Source: Octopus sinensis (lineage: Eukaryota). From it: a stretch of DNA of 64,000 nucleotides. The notes under the pieces are model-generated. The model was not told where the DNA came from. It searched no databases and saw nothing but the letters and a program-made list of their open reading frames with translations. Below, one piece after another: positions 42,307 to 55,399 of this stretch. Position 1 is the first letter of the stretch, and each line of letters starts with the position of its first letter. A program made the position numbers and the translations under genes. The DNA is taken from NCBI RefSeq assembly GCF_006345805.1, contig NC_043011.1, positions 24,130,464-24,194,463 on the forward strand, read 5' to 3'.

Positions 42307-45300
42307 GGCTGTTGTTGATTTTTTAAAGATTATATTTACTTTTGCTGCATGCTGTAGTTTGTCCCCAATGAAACATATTATATTATAGAGGTAGCCATAA
42401 TGAAAGCATAATGATAGCAATGGTGATGGTACAAAGTTTAAAATATTGTCATATGTCCAAAGTTAAAAGTTACATATGCAATTGTCAAAATGATAAATTA
42501 ACTACATTATAAATGAACTTCTTCAATATAATCTAACAAACAGCTGCAGATAAATGCTATCTGCTAACTTCAGATCTAGAAGTTTATTTCCATTTATAAT
42601 CACACTGCCTTGTCCACTATACCCAAACAAAATTTTGTGATTTAGATATTTTACTCTAGTTAGTACATATTTTAATACAGATGTGTTTAAGGATATTCAG
42701 GAATTTCTTTATTGGTTTCTAGAAATAACAGCCAAATCTCCCTCAAACCACATCCAACTGTCTTAAGAGGGAAAGATATATTGAACAATATAATCCTGAG
42801 TAAGCAGAAAATGAAAAAAAAAATGAAAAGATCATTATAAATTTTAACATCTTTGATTACAGGTCTCCTCACTTAGGACTTATGTAGCACTAAACAACAA
42901 CATGAGAAAAACTACCTTTTTCTTTTACATGTTCTCATGGTGCTGTCATCAGTCAACTCATTCCAAGTATTCACAAATATAGGGAAATGGATATGACCAT
43001 ACTTCAAGAATCTCCATGAAGCAGTTTTGGTGGAACATTTGTGTAACTTGTTAGTCAACAAGTACTATATTAGTCATCAAACATGTTAGTCAGCCAACAG
43101 GATGTAAGAAACAGACTGTTTTCTGATAAACTTGGTGATCTTACATAAAATAGTAACTGCCACTTTCTTGTCTTTAGTCATGTTTTGTCATGCTTCCCTT
43201 ATGCATTCATGAACTAGTTGCAGCATTTATGAAATAGTGAGAATTGTTTTTTTTGTTTTTTTTTTTCCTGGCTATTATGACCACACCAAAGACACCCACC
43301 CTGCATGCTTTTAATTTAAGTTTTTCTTTAAAAAATTTTAGGTGATTTTATTAGAGAATAAGGTAAACTTAGAGGTTTTAAAATTCAACATTAGTATGTA
43401 AGAACATGTTTGCAAGCATGCACATGTGTTGTATGGGTTTAAGTTATTGAGGTAATCTACTTGAGAGTTCAACCCTTGAGTATTTTGTGGGAAGTGGGGA
43501 TTAAGTGTGATAAGTACTTTCATTATCACCTAACTTCTTATCTCAAGTTGTTTGATGACTAAACAATAATGTTTACAAAATACACAAACCTATATAGTTT
43601 TCTTTCTTTTTTTTTTGTTTAATTTCTATTCTTTAAATTTACACTAGCTTCAAGTGTTTAAATAAAATATTGTCTCCATCTTATATTCAAAGCAATCAAT
43701 TATGAGCAAGATGTGAAAATGATAATCATATTCTTGATTGTCCTCTAATAGTATTGGTATTGAATTTTTTTTTTTTTTTTTAATGAAAGTGACTGAATTT
43801 TTAAAACATTTTTTCTGCTAAGACTGCCTTGTCCTATACCTACAAATTTAACCGTCTTGATATGTATTAAAATCATTGTTGCTGTATAATCTACATGCTA
43901 ATGTGTAGAGAACTGTTTATGTGCTAAATAAATATTTCCAATTCAATGAACCATTTAATTACTTGAAGTTTAGATATATAAAATTGATAATTACATTAAA
44001 TTACTTTTTGATGTTTAATCTAAGGTCAAATGAGAGACACATTTATGTACTTAAATTAAAATATGAATGTATCCACATTGAAATTAACCTGTTCTAACTA
44101 TAATGGTCAAATCAACAAACAATTCACAAACTGTTGGTGAAATTAAAGTAATTGAAGGTGTTTTATGTTTCTAAGAATTAGAATTTGTTAGAATAAAGTA
44201 TTTAACTTGAGAGCACTTATCTTGTATTAATTTCAGATGAAGATTCTTAATTGCTATATATAAACGAAAGAATTTCTTAAAAAAAAATCACAAAATGAAG
44301 TTAACTTTAATGAATAGAATGAATAAAGCTAAACAAGAAAAACTAAATGGATACTTGATTTTGTATTAACATTTGTTTTGATCTTAAATTAGTCATATAA
44401 TAAATATGACAGAATATGGAATATCAAATTTAATAAAAATTACTTTTGTTTAATTAAAACTATCCTATTATTTGCAATTGCTTTACTGCTTTATCAATTG
44501 CTGATTCTATTTGAAACATTACCTGTTCTGCTAGCTGAGTTTATTTATGAAGCCCAGTCTCTTTAAATCGTATTTAATATCCCCCCAAAGTTTTTTAATT
44601 ATCTTTTACAATGAGTTGACAACACTTGATCACCAATTCTCATTCATTGCTATAAATATTTCCAACATGTTAATGGTTTCTGTAAAGAGAACTTCAACAC
44701 AACCGAATCTCACTCTCAAAGCACACACTACCATCTTAAAACAAAGGATAGCGAATGATATAGTCTTAGTTGCACTACACCAAATACTGTACAATATAAT
44801 ACATTTACTTAGTGATTCTTTCATCACTGCCTTGTTAAATATAGTGAAGCCTATTATATTTTACAGCTGACTCATGTCCAAACTTGTCTCCTGTTGTTGC
44901 CAAAATAATTAAAATAATATTTGTCATTGTTAAGCTTTTCCCTATAGCATAATTAATTGTAGCTAATTGTTAATGATCCCAGTATTAATTATATTAGCAC
45001 CAATTTCACTAGATAAACTATAATTGAAGAAAAGAAAGGATGGTCACAATTTGAATGACTTTGAGCAGAGATCTTTTCAAATAGAAGTGGGCTAGGGCTT
45101 TCCTCAGATCACAAGACCATAATTACTTGAACCTGTGCCCCAATTCTAACACTCAACTTCATTTTGAGAAAAATACTGGTATCATGTTAAAAAGTTACGA
45201 TTCTCAAAATTTTACGCAACCATTCAAATTGTACCTTATTTACTTTCATTTACCGAAGTAGTTATTAGTTTACTTAAGTAATACAATTAGCCTACAACTT

Positions 45301-45789
45301 CAAATGCACCATCACAGTTGTACAAATGTATTTAGTGAGTAAGGCTTCAAGATCAGTTTATAAGAAATACAATTATACTGAAGTGCATATTAGTTTTGCA
45401 GCATACAAAGTACTGGATTTCACTGCCTTCTTACAAAAGTGCTGATTATAGAGATTTCTATCATTTCTTTTCAAGTTCTTTATTTCAGATTCAACAAGAA
45501 ATAATCCTAGAATGATTCTTTCTATAACTTGTACTGTTCTTTATAACAGGAAATTAGAATGGAAACATGGTGATCATCTACTTGAAACTATAAATACCTA
45601 CTTGATCATATTAATCCTGACCCTGTCAGAGTTATCCGGTTTGGGATCATAAAGCTGATTGCAAAGAGACTAAACATGAGAAGTTTGAATTTAAATAGCT
45701 TAAAAATCACAATACCAAAAGCTTGAAAGATAAAATGCACAAAACACTGAATTGTGAAATATTTTAAGGGAAATATGAAAATCAGTCAT

Positions 45790-46407
45790 AAAAGACTTTT
45801 ATTTACAGCTTTAAATAGGAGTTTATTTGAGAAACGTAACCTATTTACCTTTTTCTGTTCTGCTATGATACAATAACTATTTTAGAAGAAAAACACCCTT
45901 AAAAACACTTATTTACAATTCTAAATGGAGTTTATTTGAGATACATAACATATTTACTCTTTTTATTATGTTATGTCAGAATAACTATTTTAGGGGTAAA
46001 AAAGAGACATGATCTTCAAAACAGTTTTAAAACAGAGTTTATTTGAAAAACATTTATGTATGATAGCACTTACTTTATATTATGCTTTGTCAAAACAATA
46101 AAGGCAAGCAAGGTATGGGAAGCATATTTACTTTAAAAAAAACTCAACAAACTACCCAATAATAAGAGAATTTAAAGAACAGAAGCCTTCAATAAATAAG
46201 CTATATCAGTTTTTACTGCCTTTAATATGATATCATTGCAATGCACATTTTTTTTCCTTTTTGTAAGTAAATATGCTCACCATATCTTGTTTACCTTTGT
46301 TATTCTGACATAGCATAAATAAGCAAATATGTTATAATAAACTCCCTTTTAAAACTGTACATAAATGTATTTTAAGACCATTTTCCACAGTATTTTCCCC
46401 TAAAATA
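45790..46407. repeat. Three ~108-bp direct repeats plus an inverted ~155-bp copy
   Basis: gagtttatttga at 45819, 45928 and 46035. 46255-46407 is the reverse complement of about 45985-46140. Confidence 0.75.
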
Positions 46408-48611
46408 CTTGACAATTCTGTGCTCTGAGCATTTGGCTTTTTAAGCTTTAGGTATTCTGGTTTTTAGATCATTTGAATTTGGCCTTCTCACATTAAGCTT
46501 TATGATCAGTACTCATGCCACCTTTTGTCAACTAGGTTTATGTCATGCCTAAAATGAAAACTTCTTCAGAAGGTAATGTTACCTAAAAACAGTCAGTGTT
46601 AAAGAGTGTCTATCCATTTAGGTTTAATATCAAATTTTTAACAAATTAGAGTGGCGAGGAAGGCTTCTTTAAATTTAGGTATTTACATAAAATGTTTCAC
46701 GAACATTTTTAATATATTTTATATTGGTTTTTAATATATTTTATACGCAGTTGAACTTTATACCAATAACATTAATAAAAAAAAATGGGAGATTACTGAG
46801 ATCAAACTAAAATTGAGTTAATTAAAAAGTTTTGATAAATTTTATTTAAAATATATTTGTATTTAAAATTCAAGATATCCTGCATTGGCAAAATATTGGT
46901 ATAAATATCTGATCAAAAATTTATTTCCTATGTTGTCTTCAAAATCAACAATTGTGATATGGATTTAAATGTACTAAGTGCTTGGTAATTTAGATTTTAA
47001 TATTTTACTTGTAAAGCAATATTTCAAATATTTAAAATGAAAAACAAAATTTCCATTTGTAGCCATAGGTGTGTATGAGACTCAATGAACATAACCCAAC
47101 TACAGTCTAGTTTACCATACACACACTAAATAAATTTATATGCAGATGTCTAATAAACATACATTTAGTCCGACTGTTTAAATAAAACCAGTTATTAAAC
47201 CATAATGCTCTCTACAGAACAAACAACATTTCAACTAGTTTTGCTTGGTTAGCTCATCAAGTGTATCTACCTTGTTCTGAAGACAGCAGCTAACAGCCTA
47301 TTTATGAAAAAAGACCTAAGTAACGAGCATTGATTTTTACTCCTTTGCATATTAGCACATATAAGGATTCATTTGCACAGAGAGACGAAATATGTTTATC
47401 ATTAAACACATGCCAGTAAACTTACACTTTATCCATGTTTGCATGTATACATGCACACACACATTTGGAATTAATTCATTAATACATCCCACCAATAAAT
47501 GTAGATAAGTAAAATCAGTTCCTGTTGCTCAATATTTTTCATAAGAAATTTTAAGCTTCTCATTGTTGAAATAATGAAGTAAATACTTTCAATGAGCTAG
47601 CAACAACCAGGAGATATGCGTGTGTGTGTGTGCCAGGTCACTTGAGAGTACTACCGGTGAAAGAAACCCAGTGCAACCTGTAGCATTATCAGGTTGTCAG
47701 TGACTCAAATGGGAATCACCACCAAGATGGACAGGGTGGTTTTGGACACTCTGCATGATGAAAAAAAACCCTGTCAAAGGGCAGGTGAACTCAAGGGAAC
47801 CAATGGTCAACCATAATATGTAAATATACACATTATGTGTATTTGTGCATGATTAGTGGTATGTTCTCATTCCAAAAGAATTGGGACATGAAATAAATAA
47901 ATAAATAACCTTCATCTCCACAGATTCAAAATTGACAGCAGCTGGTAATGGGGACAACTGGTGCAGGAGGCAACACTTTGTCATGCTGGGCTATAAGTCA
48001 TGATGCAGGGCAAACATCTGGAATGATGTTTTATAACCTGGACGCATAACAAGTTAGACAGTGCTGCAAGGTTGGAGATCCTTTCAACCACTTTGGCAAT
48101 CTTTTGCATTCTCATAAAGCTTAATTATCTTGACTTATCTTGCCATTAGTCAAATTGTGCAAGAACATATGAGTGTGATGAGTGCACAGCTCTTTCTCAC
48201 CTCAAAAACTTTGTGCTTATCTGGCATCTGTGTCTAACAATTAAGACTGCATGGTACAGAGCTGCAAGTAAAGGTTAAAGAGCAATATTTTGATGAAATA
48301 ATGCCACTCCCATAGTTCTCCATGGATACATCTCTTGTTGAGGTGCAATATGATGACGGAGAAGTATAACATCAGCCCCCGCCCCCACCCCCACTTTTGT
48401 TACAGTTGCTAAGTCATTGTCAAATTTGATGATAACAATAAAACGAATGAATGAAATGGTAAATGAGAGGGTATTGAAGAGAAGATGGCAGTTGATAAAA
48501 ACCTAACATAATGGGCAAGAGATCCAAAGGTATATTATTCAGCTTATTTATATCACTATCACACTGTCTTAATATGTTTTGCCATGCTTCCCCACAGAAA
48601 TACAAGTACAG

Positions 48612-48845
48612 GAATAGTCATGTGGTCAAAAAGTTTGCTTTACAACCACGTGTCCAGTTTCAATCCTACTGCACTGTAGGCAAATGTCTTTTGTAGCCCC
48701 AAAGGGACCAACGCCTTGTAGATGGAACTTGTTAGCCAGGGAACATATATAATTGGCCTGTCATACACACACTGACACACATTTAGGTTGCATTTCTTTA
48801 TATAAGTAAGTGGTTTGACCAATAAAGATCAATAAAATAAGTACG
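48612..48845 (+). mobile_element. SINE family B, degraded
   Basis: catgtggtcaaaaagtttgctttacaaccac...ggcaaatgtctt...gccttgtagatggaac. Confidence 0.6.
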
Positions 48846-50619
48846 AGGGATGATATCAAATAAACTCTTGAAGACAGTAAACCAACACAGCCACGTTTTA
48901 ACGACTGAATCAGTAAAACACACACACACACACACATTTATTGAAGCTGAGCTCCAAAGACTCTTGAAAGAAACACTATTTGTAAAACTTACCTATGACA
49001 TACTTAGAGATGTAAAATATCTTAATGTAGAAACACAATGTATATACAGACACTGTTGAGAAGTTGATTAATATCACAAAATGTCTTTCATATTTTTCCA
49101 ACAAAATAGTTTAAAATGAAAAGAACTTGTATTTCTCATGAAGATGTATATGTAGTTGTAAGGCTATAAAAATGATTATCTCTCTTAAATAGTGAAAAAG
49201 TGCTTCAGATTTATTTTATGAAATTGATTTTACCACAAAGGAAACTTAAGAAAACAAAACCTAACATATGTTAACAAGAAGAGTTTATGTTTCTGTAAAT
49301 TAACAATGTAAAACTAAATAAGAATTTAAAACTAATAAACAAAAAGTATGTTGAAATGTGGCAAGAGCCTAAAGCTATCTAATAAAGTAACTTTCATCAA
49401 TAAGTTCTAATTAAGTATCTGATATCTATATGTCAAATTTTATATGATGCATTTCTGCAGTATTTTATTAGTTGTATACAAGCAATCATAGCAATTTATA
49501 TCCATAAATATTTATATTCATGTCTGATAAATTTATATAAGGACTGTTTCAGAATAGAGAAAAGTAATAAATATAAACATGCAAGAAAAAAATTTTCTAA
49601 GTTGATAAATAAATAAGAGGACACAAGATATACAAACATTAACTCCAATATCAGAAAATAAGCAAACAATTAAAAATAGCATTTGACTTCTGAAATGTAT
49701 CTTAGAGTCAATATTCAATGTACTGTCAATTTAATCTTCAGAAAAATTAATATAGTCCTACTTATTTTATATTTTACATGTCTTAGTTTTTGCTTCAATA
49801 TGCATCTTATTTTTCATTCTATTACAAAACAGGAAGACCTACTTAAGTCAGTATTAATAATAAATAAATAAATAAAAATGATCAATGAAAATTAGTAGAT
49901 ATATTTGCTGAATATTTTCTTAGTTAAATTATTTTGTATAACTTATAACTCACTCAGTATATATGTTCAATAGAGCCGGGATGTGTAATAAATAAATAAT
50001 TTGAAAAAAGCAAAATTTCAAAGACAAGTTTAATTTGTTTGTAATCATTGAAAAAAATATTTGGATTTCTCAGATATGGTAATTTCTGAGATACAAGAGT
50101 TTGACATCCAATCAAGCAACATAAAAATTAAGAAAAAAATGGAGAAGTAAAAAAATAAAGGCAACATCTAAACTTTTGTAGAAAAGGTGCACAAAGTATT
50201 TGCTTTGCAAACATGACAAATACATCTCAATAACCATTCTCAATTGATTGAAAGGGCACACACACCTTACTAGTAAGGTCACCATATTTTAGAAAGGAAC
50301 TGCTTTCATTTTATTAAATTACAAGATACTATTTTTTTAAAAAACATTATACACATTCAATGAACAGAGTAGATGAAAGACTGGACAAACAACTTTTGCT
50401 TCATCAATTTATGACCAAATTCTTATAATTATAGATAAGGCTTCCCAATATGGTTAAAAATATCACATGCTTATTTAACTATTGTAGAGTAAATTACTAA
50501 ATTTTAGTGCTGCAGTTGACTTTAGGAAAAAGGGTAATTGAAATGCTCCATTAATAATTCTACATCAACCTAATGACAAAACCAATAAAAGATAAAGTCA
50601 ATGAGCTCACTTTTATTGA

Positions 50620-51000
50620 TCTCTGTGACTGGTCCTCAGAAACCACTAACAATATCTGAAGAATTCATAGCAAAGACAAAAATTTAACAGGAGAGATACC
50701 AATTTTAGTGAGCACAGAGGAAGCTTTTATGCTACGCTGCTTTCTTTACTTAAAGAAAAGATCACAAAGTCCCAAAATAGATCAGTGGTGCTCATAGGAA
50801 ATATCCTATGCAAACAATTGCAAGAGCAAATGTCAACAGACTTGGAGTTCAGTCAAGACATAGCCAGAAAGTGACTATAACATTATCAACATACAACCCT
50901 AGCCTGCTACTGGAATGGATCAAGTCACAATGCAATTTTCTCCATGCACACTATACAGACATAGCATACAAGACCAAGCAAACCAAGTGAATCATAAAAT
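50620..51000 (+). pseudogene. Possible degraded hAT (DUF4371/ZMYM-like) transposase fragment
   Basis: Open stretch HRGSFYATLLSLL...SQNRSVVLIGNILCKQLQEQ...FSQDIA loosely resembles NRGNF.ELL...IQNELI..IG..I...I.E...FSIIAD. Resemblance judged by eye only. Confidence 0.25.
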
Positions 51001-51433
51001 GTTGGTTCTAATAGCTTTTAATAACTTTTCAAAACCAATATTAGTAAAGGTCACAAACTTCATTAGGTAAGTCTAATTGCATGTGATAATGTGATGACTA
51101 CCAATATCTCACTTCTTACCCACCCCTGCTATAATTCCAAGCAGTCTAAAGTGCTTTCATCACACTGGATGCTTTATAGTATCTAGCTAGCACTATTGTC
51201 CATTATTTACTTTATACTATAATTAACACTCAGTTCCTTCATATTCCTTAACACTTATTCACTGATAATTTCATTTTTTAAGAAAACAGTTTCCTGTGAA
51301 GCAAAACATGTTCACCTTCACTTTTGATGACAAGGTAAACATTTTCATGAGATGGCAGACAGTAAGATAGCAAAGAAAATATTCCAGTTTCTTGTTAGCT
51401 TTCATGATCTTTACACTACTGTAAATTTTTGAG

Positions 51434-51620
51434 CAACAAATTTTATTCTCACTTCACATTTAAACAACCTTCCATTGTCAATTTTTATGGGTGAAAAGAA
51501 GTTTTTTTTTTCCTTTTAATAAACCATATAAAAGATCTAATATCTTCCATTTTTCAAATTAAGAAAGGCAAATTCTTTGCACAACAAATTTTATTCTCAC
51601 TTCACATTTAAACAACCTTC
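51434..51620. repeat. Perfect 39-bp direct repeat, period 148 bp
   Basis: caacaaattttattctcacttcacatttaaacaaccttc at 51434-51472 and 51582-51620. Confidence 0.9.
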
Positions 51621-51867
51621 ACTATGGAACAATGATTTAAAACAAAGAAAAAGAATAAAATGATATAGGCAAATGATGTAGGAAAGAACAAAAGCAGAAA
51701 ATAAAGTTTCATAGAAAACCAGAGAAAAACGAGCCAACACTATACATAAAAAATCACAATAATACATATGATATCAAAGAAGAAAAAATACCTAACAAAT
51801 ATGAAGAGAGAATATGGACAGTAAACAGCAAGCTAATTTTGTGTGTATATAAATATATATATATATA

Positions 51868-52054
51868 AGAAGAATACAGTGTACGTTCAAACACAAAAGA
51901 GATACCCGAAGAATAGGATATCTGACTCGCTAGAAAGAGCAGTTAAAACTCCAAGCCACCAATTGTTGTAATTCTGAAAGTGCTCTTTCTAGCGAGTCAG
52001 ATATCCTATTCTTCGGGTATCCCTTTTGTGTTTGAACGTACATTGTATTCTTCT
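51868..52054. repeat. Fold-back element with 74-bp arms and a 39-nt spacer
   Basis: 51868-51941 versus the reverse complement of 51981-52054 shows only 2 mismatches. CpGs are retained. It abuts (AT)n on the left. Confidence 0.9.
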
Positions 52055-52162
52055 CTGAATAATATATAGTCTATCGACTAATTTTTTCTTTCTCGCTAGA
52101 CCACTGGTAACTTTGAATTTTTTTATGAATATTCTTGCTACCCTAAGATTTTAATTAATGAT

Positions 52163-52203
<41 letters not shown>

Positions 52204-52605
52204 AGACAGACAGATAGGACAAAAAAATAGAGAAGGGGCAGAGTGAGGTGCTCTGAAATAACAAAGAGAAGATAGACTAGCAAGAAAATCTTCAAAAACT
52301 GGAACTGAATACAAGAAAAAATTGCTTGCTTTGAGAAAATTTCAAATAAGACAATGTCAGAGATGATTTGGTGCTCTTGTGACACATCAGAATGAAATAA
52401 GTGAATCATACATCAGAGTAACGGACAGATAGTGTCCTCAATGTGATGTCTGAGATTCAGAAACGAATATCTAAATTGTTACAATAACAATAAAATGAAA
52501 CTTTCACCTCTGCAGCTTTATCATGAACTGAAACTATTCTTTGATGAGAATAATGAGAAGGCTAATCATATCAGGATAAATACCAAATAATATATATGCA
52601 GTTAC

Positions 52606-52662
52606 CTTTTCGCTTCAGTTGGTATAAAAATTACTCACCTGGAAAAAAAGAAAAAAAAAAGG
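52606..52662 (-). other. Candidate recursive splice site / RS-exon
   Basis: Minus strand: ttttttttttctttttttccag|GTGAGT. A 33-nt exon (52606-52638) with stops in all three frames ends at aag|gtaact. Confidence 0.4.
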
Positions 52663-54789
52663 TTTAGAATTCAAGGACAAACATACCGCTCTACTACTCT
52701 GTACATGGAAATAATCACCCAACATATAGCCAACTTGTATTACTGATGCTAGTAAAATTTTTAAATATCTCAAAATTCAGATGGTTTGCCTTATGTGGTA
52801 AACATAAAACAAGAAATTACATTTTATAACTCATATACTGAGTTAGATATAAAAAAATATGTCTTTGGTAGAGTTATAAAAACAGGCATATTCAATAAGA
52901 GCTGATAACATCATCATCCTTTAACATCATTTTCCATGCTGGCATAGGTTGGACTAGGTAAAATGTAAATATAAACTGCAGTTCATATGTAGCTTAAATG
53001 CAAATATGACCTGCAGCTCAAACAAGGTCCTGACATCAGGTGATACAATTTTCTCATAAATAATAAAAATCACTGCTGTGTTTATTGGTGAAAATTTAGT
53101 TGCTAACAAAAAAAAAAAAAATTTTTTTTAAAAATCATCCAAGAAATATAGCACTGACAAGGATCTGTTTATCTTGCTGTTTTTAGCCAATGTTACTCTC
53201 TTATTTCCCAACAGAGAGCTTAAATAGCACAGTGATTAGCAACATGTTAAAGAACAACAAACTCATGTTTAAAATAAGATGGCTATACAACAGTTGTACT
53301 ACAATAATCTTGCACATAGGGGCGGCTTCAATGTCCTTTATAGATCAGGAAAGCCAACAATATTTAGTTGACAGATATGTCAAGGTTGAAAGGTGCTACT
53401 TACTGTTGGAAGAAACAGTCAAAGTCAGCCATTAGTTGAGTAGTGCAATAGACTGATAGATCACCTTACAACTAGAGAAAACCAGAATTTATTACCTTGT
53501 ATTAATACTCTAAGTTACTTAAATCATAATTCTTTGTTAACATCAATCTATTGTCTAATCCTTTATCATAAAAATCTAACAAAATGAAATAATGTCATGA
53601 AGATATATAAATTTGTACATTAAAATACAAGAAAATTTATAAAACCTGGTATTTCCACAACAATTTCCTGCAAGTAATATTTATTCTAGTAAAGTGACAA
53701 CAATAAAACTGCACTGTCCTTAGTATTGAAGTGTCAAGTATTTGAACTATCTTTACTATGACAAACTTGAAATTATCAAGCCACTACTGCAGTACACTAA
53801 ACATGTACAAATGATAAGATTGCTAGTTCACAGAAAACTACAACATACAGAAAAGTGAAAGCAATCCAAAAAGTTACATATCTTTTCAACAACACTGAAG
53901 ACATATAGTGGAAAATTCTGTTCTTCAAATCAAAATAACTAGATTAATTCATGGGAGAATATCTCCATCTGCATGACTACAATGTATTTATATGCTGTGC
54001 TGCTGCTTTATAATGAAAGCGCTTGAGAAATGAAGGAGTAATAGTGAAAAGCTAAATCTTCTTTAGTGCAAAAATTTGCATCACCACCTCATTGTTTGAT
54101 GGCTACACAAATTCTGCAACACACAATTCCACAAAATTGTAGCAGTTAAACAACTGAACCTTGATGTTACGAAAGGTCATTTTCATCTCCGTGAATTGAC
54201 TATAGATCTCCAGTGAACAACCTCAGGAGAAATAACTTCAACGTAATAGTGCTAAAAAAATTCAATTTTTTAATTATTATAATTTAGTGTCCCTTATAGT
54301 AATAGTATCTTCAACTACACTGGAAGGAAAACCAAATCATTCATAGCAATAATTATATTGGACATTTTATAATATATTCCATTATTTTGCAACATTACTC
54401 CTAATTAAAATTTGGGTTAAAATTTACAAGGAGGGGAAGAAAAAAAGTCTTCTACACAGAAAAAATTTGAACAATACAAGGCCTGAAACAGTAGTTACAG
54501 AACTTTTTTTAGCACTAGATATCCCATTAAATTGCTCCAATTTATTAAATATTAGCTATGCATGAAATCTAAATTATAATTTATAGATTTCAAAATTGAA
54601 TTTTTCCATGTCATTAACCAATTAATTGAGCATCAATGAAAATATTACTTCTTTTTACAAAATTACATGAGAAAGCATTTGTAATTGTAGAGAGAAAAAT
54701 TTACAATTTCTAAACAAAATGAAAACTGAAGAATTAATGATCATTAATCCAAAATAGCAGATATTTTTTTTTTTACTTTGAGGAACTTT

Positions 54790-54960
54790 TTGTCGGTACA
54801 AGATCACAAATTTTGGTGAAGAGATTTCAGTTTAATTGGAACCCACTGTAGACTCATTTATTTTATCAAGCCCCTGATGAATAAAGGCAAAGTCAATTCT
54901 GAAGGAATTTTAACTCTATACATAAAAAAAAAAACGCAGAAATATTTTGTCCAACTCAAT
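54790..54960 (-). mobile_element. SINE family A, degraded
   Basis: tttattttatcaagcccctgatgaataaaggcaaagtcaattctgaaggaattttaactc. Confidence 0.55.
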
Positions 54961-55194
54961 ACAAATTCCACCATCCACTACACTTTATTGGAAAATAATG
55001 ATTTCTTACATCAATACAAAATCAAAAATTTGTAGAGAAAGAGATATTGACTTTCAGTATAATATGGATACTATTGCAACTGAACTCAGAGGAAGAAAGA
55101 CTAAGTTGACTGTAGCAGTATTTGAACTCAAAGAATAAAGGAATGTAACTAAATGCTGCAAGAGCATTTTGTTTGGTGCAGTACAATTTACACC

Positions 55195-55330
55195 AGCTGT
55201 TGTATTGCTTATGGAAAAGAAGTTTGCTTCACAACCACATAGTTTCTGGTTTGGTCCCACTGTACAGTACCTTGGGCAAAGCCTTGTGGATGGAATTTGG
55301 AAAGCATTCAAAAGAAGTCACTCAGTTGTG
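55195..55330 (+). mobile_element. SINE family B, degraded 5' part
   Basis: aagaagtttgcttcacaaccac...cccactgtacagtaccttgggcaaagccttgtggatgga. Confidence 0.6.
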
Positions 55331-55399
55331 TATCAGTATGAGATGGCAGAATCAGTGAATCTAGTGATTTAAAAAAATTGGTGAGATCGATGTTGTTAA

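Noticed and set aside
45819-46046. Regularly spaced repeats as a possible CRISPR-like array
   Set aside because: The whole ~108-bp units are homologous, with no unique spacers. The context is eukaryotic and there are no cas genes.
47900-48360. Possible decayed mariner N-terminal segment on the minus strand (HQLSP, CGDE)
   Set aside because: Only two short motifs, in different frames; not enough to call.
48376-48393. cccccgcccccaccccca, a GC-box or G-quadruplex-like tract
   Set aside because: Only three G-runs and no CpG-island or promoter context.
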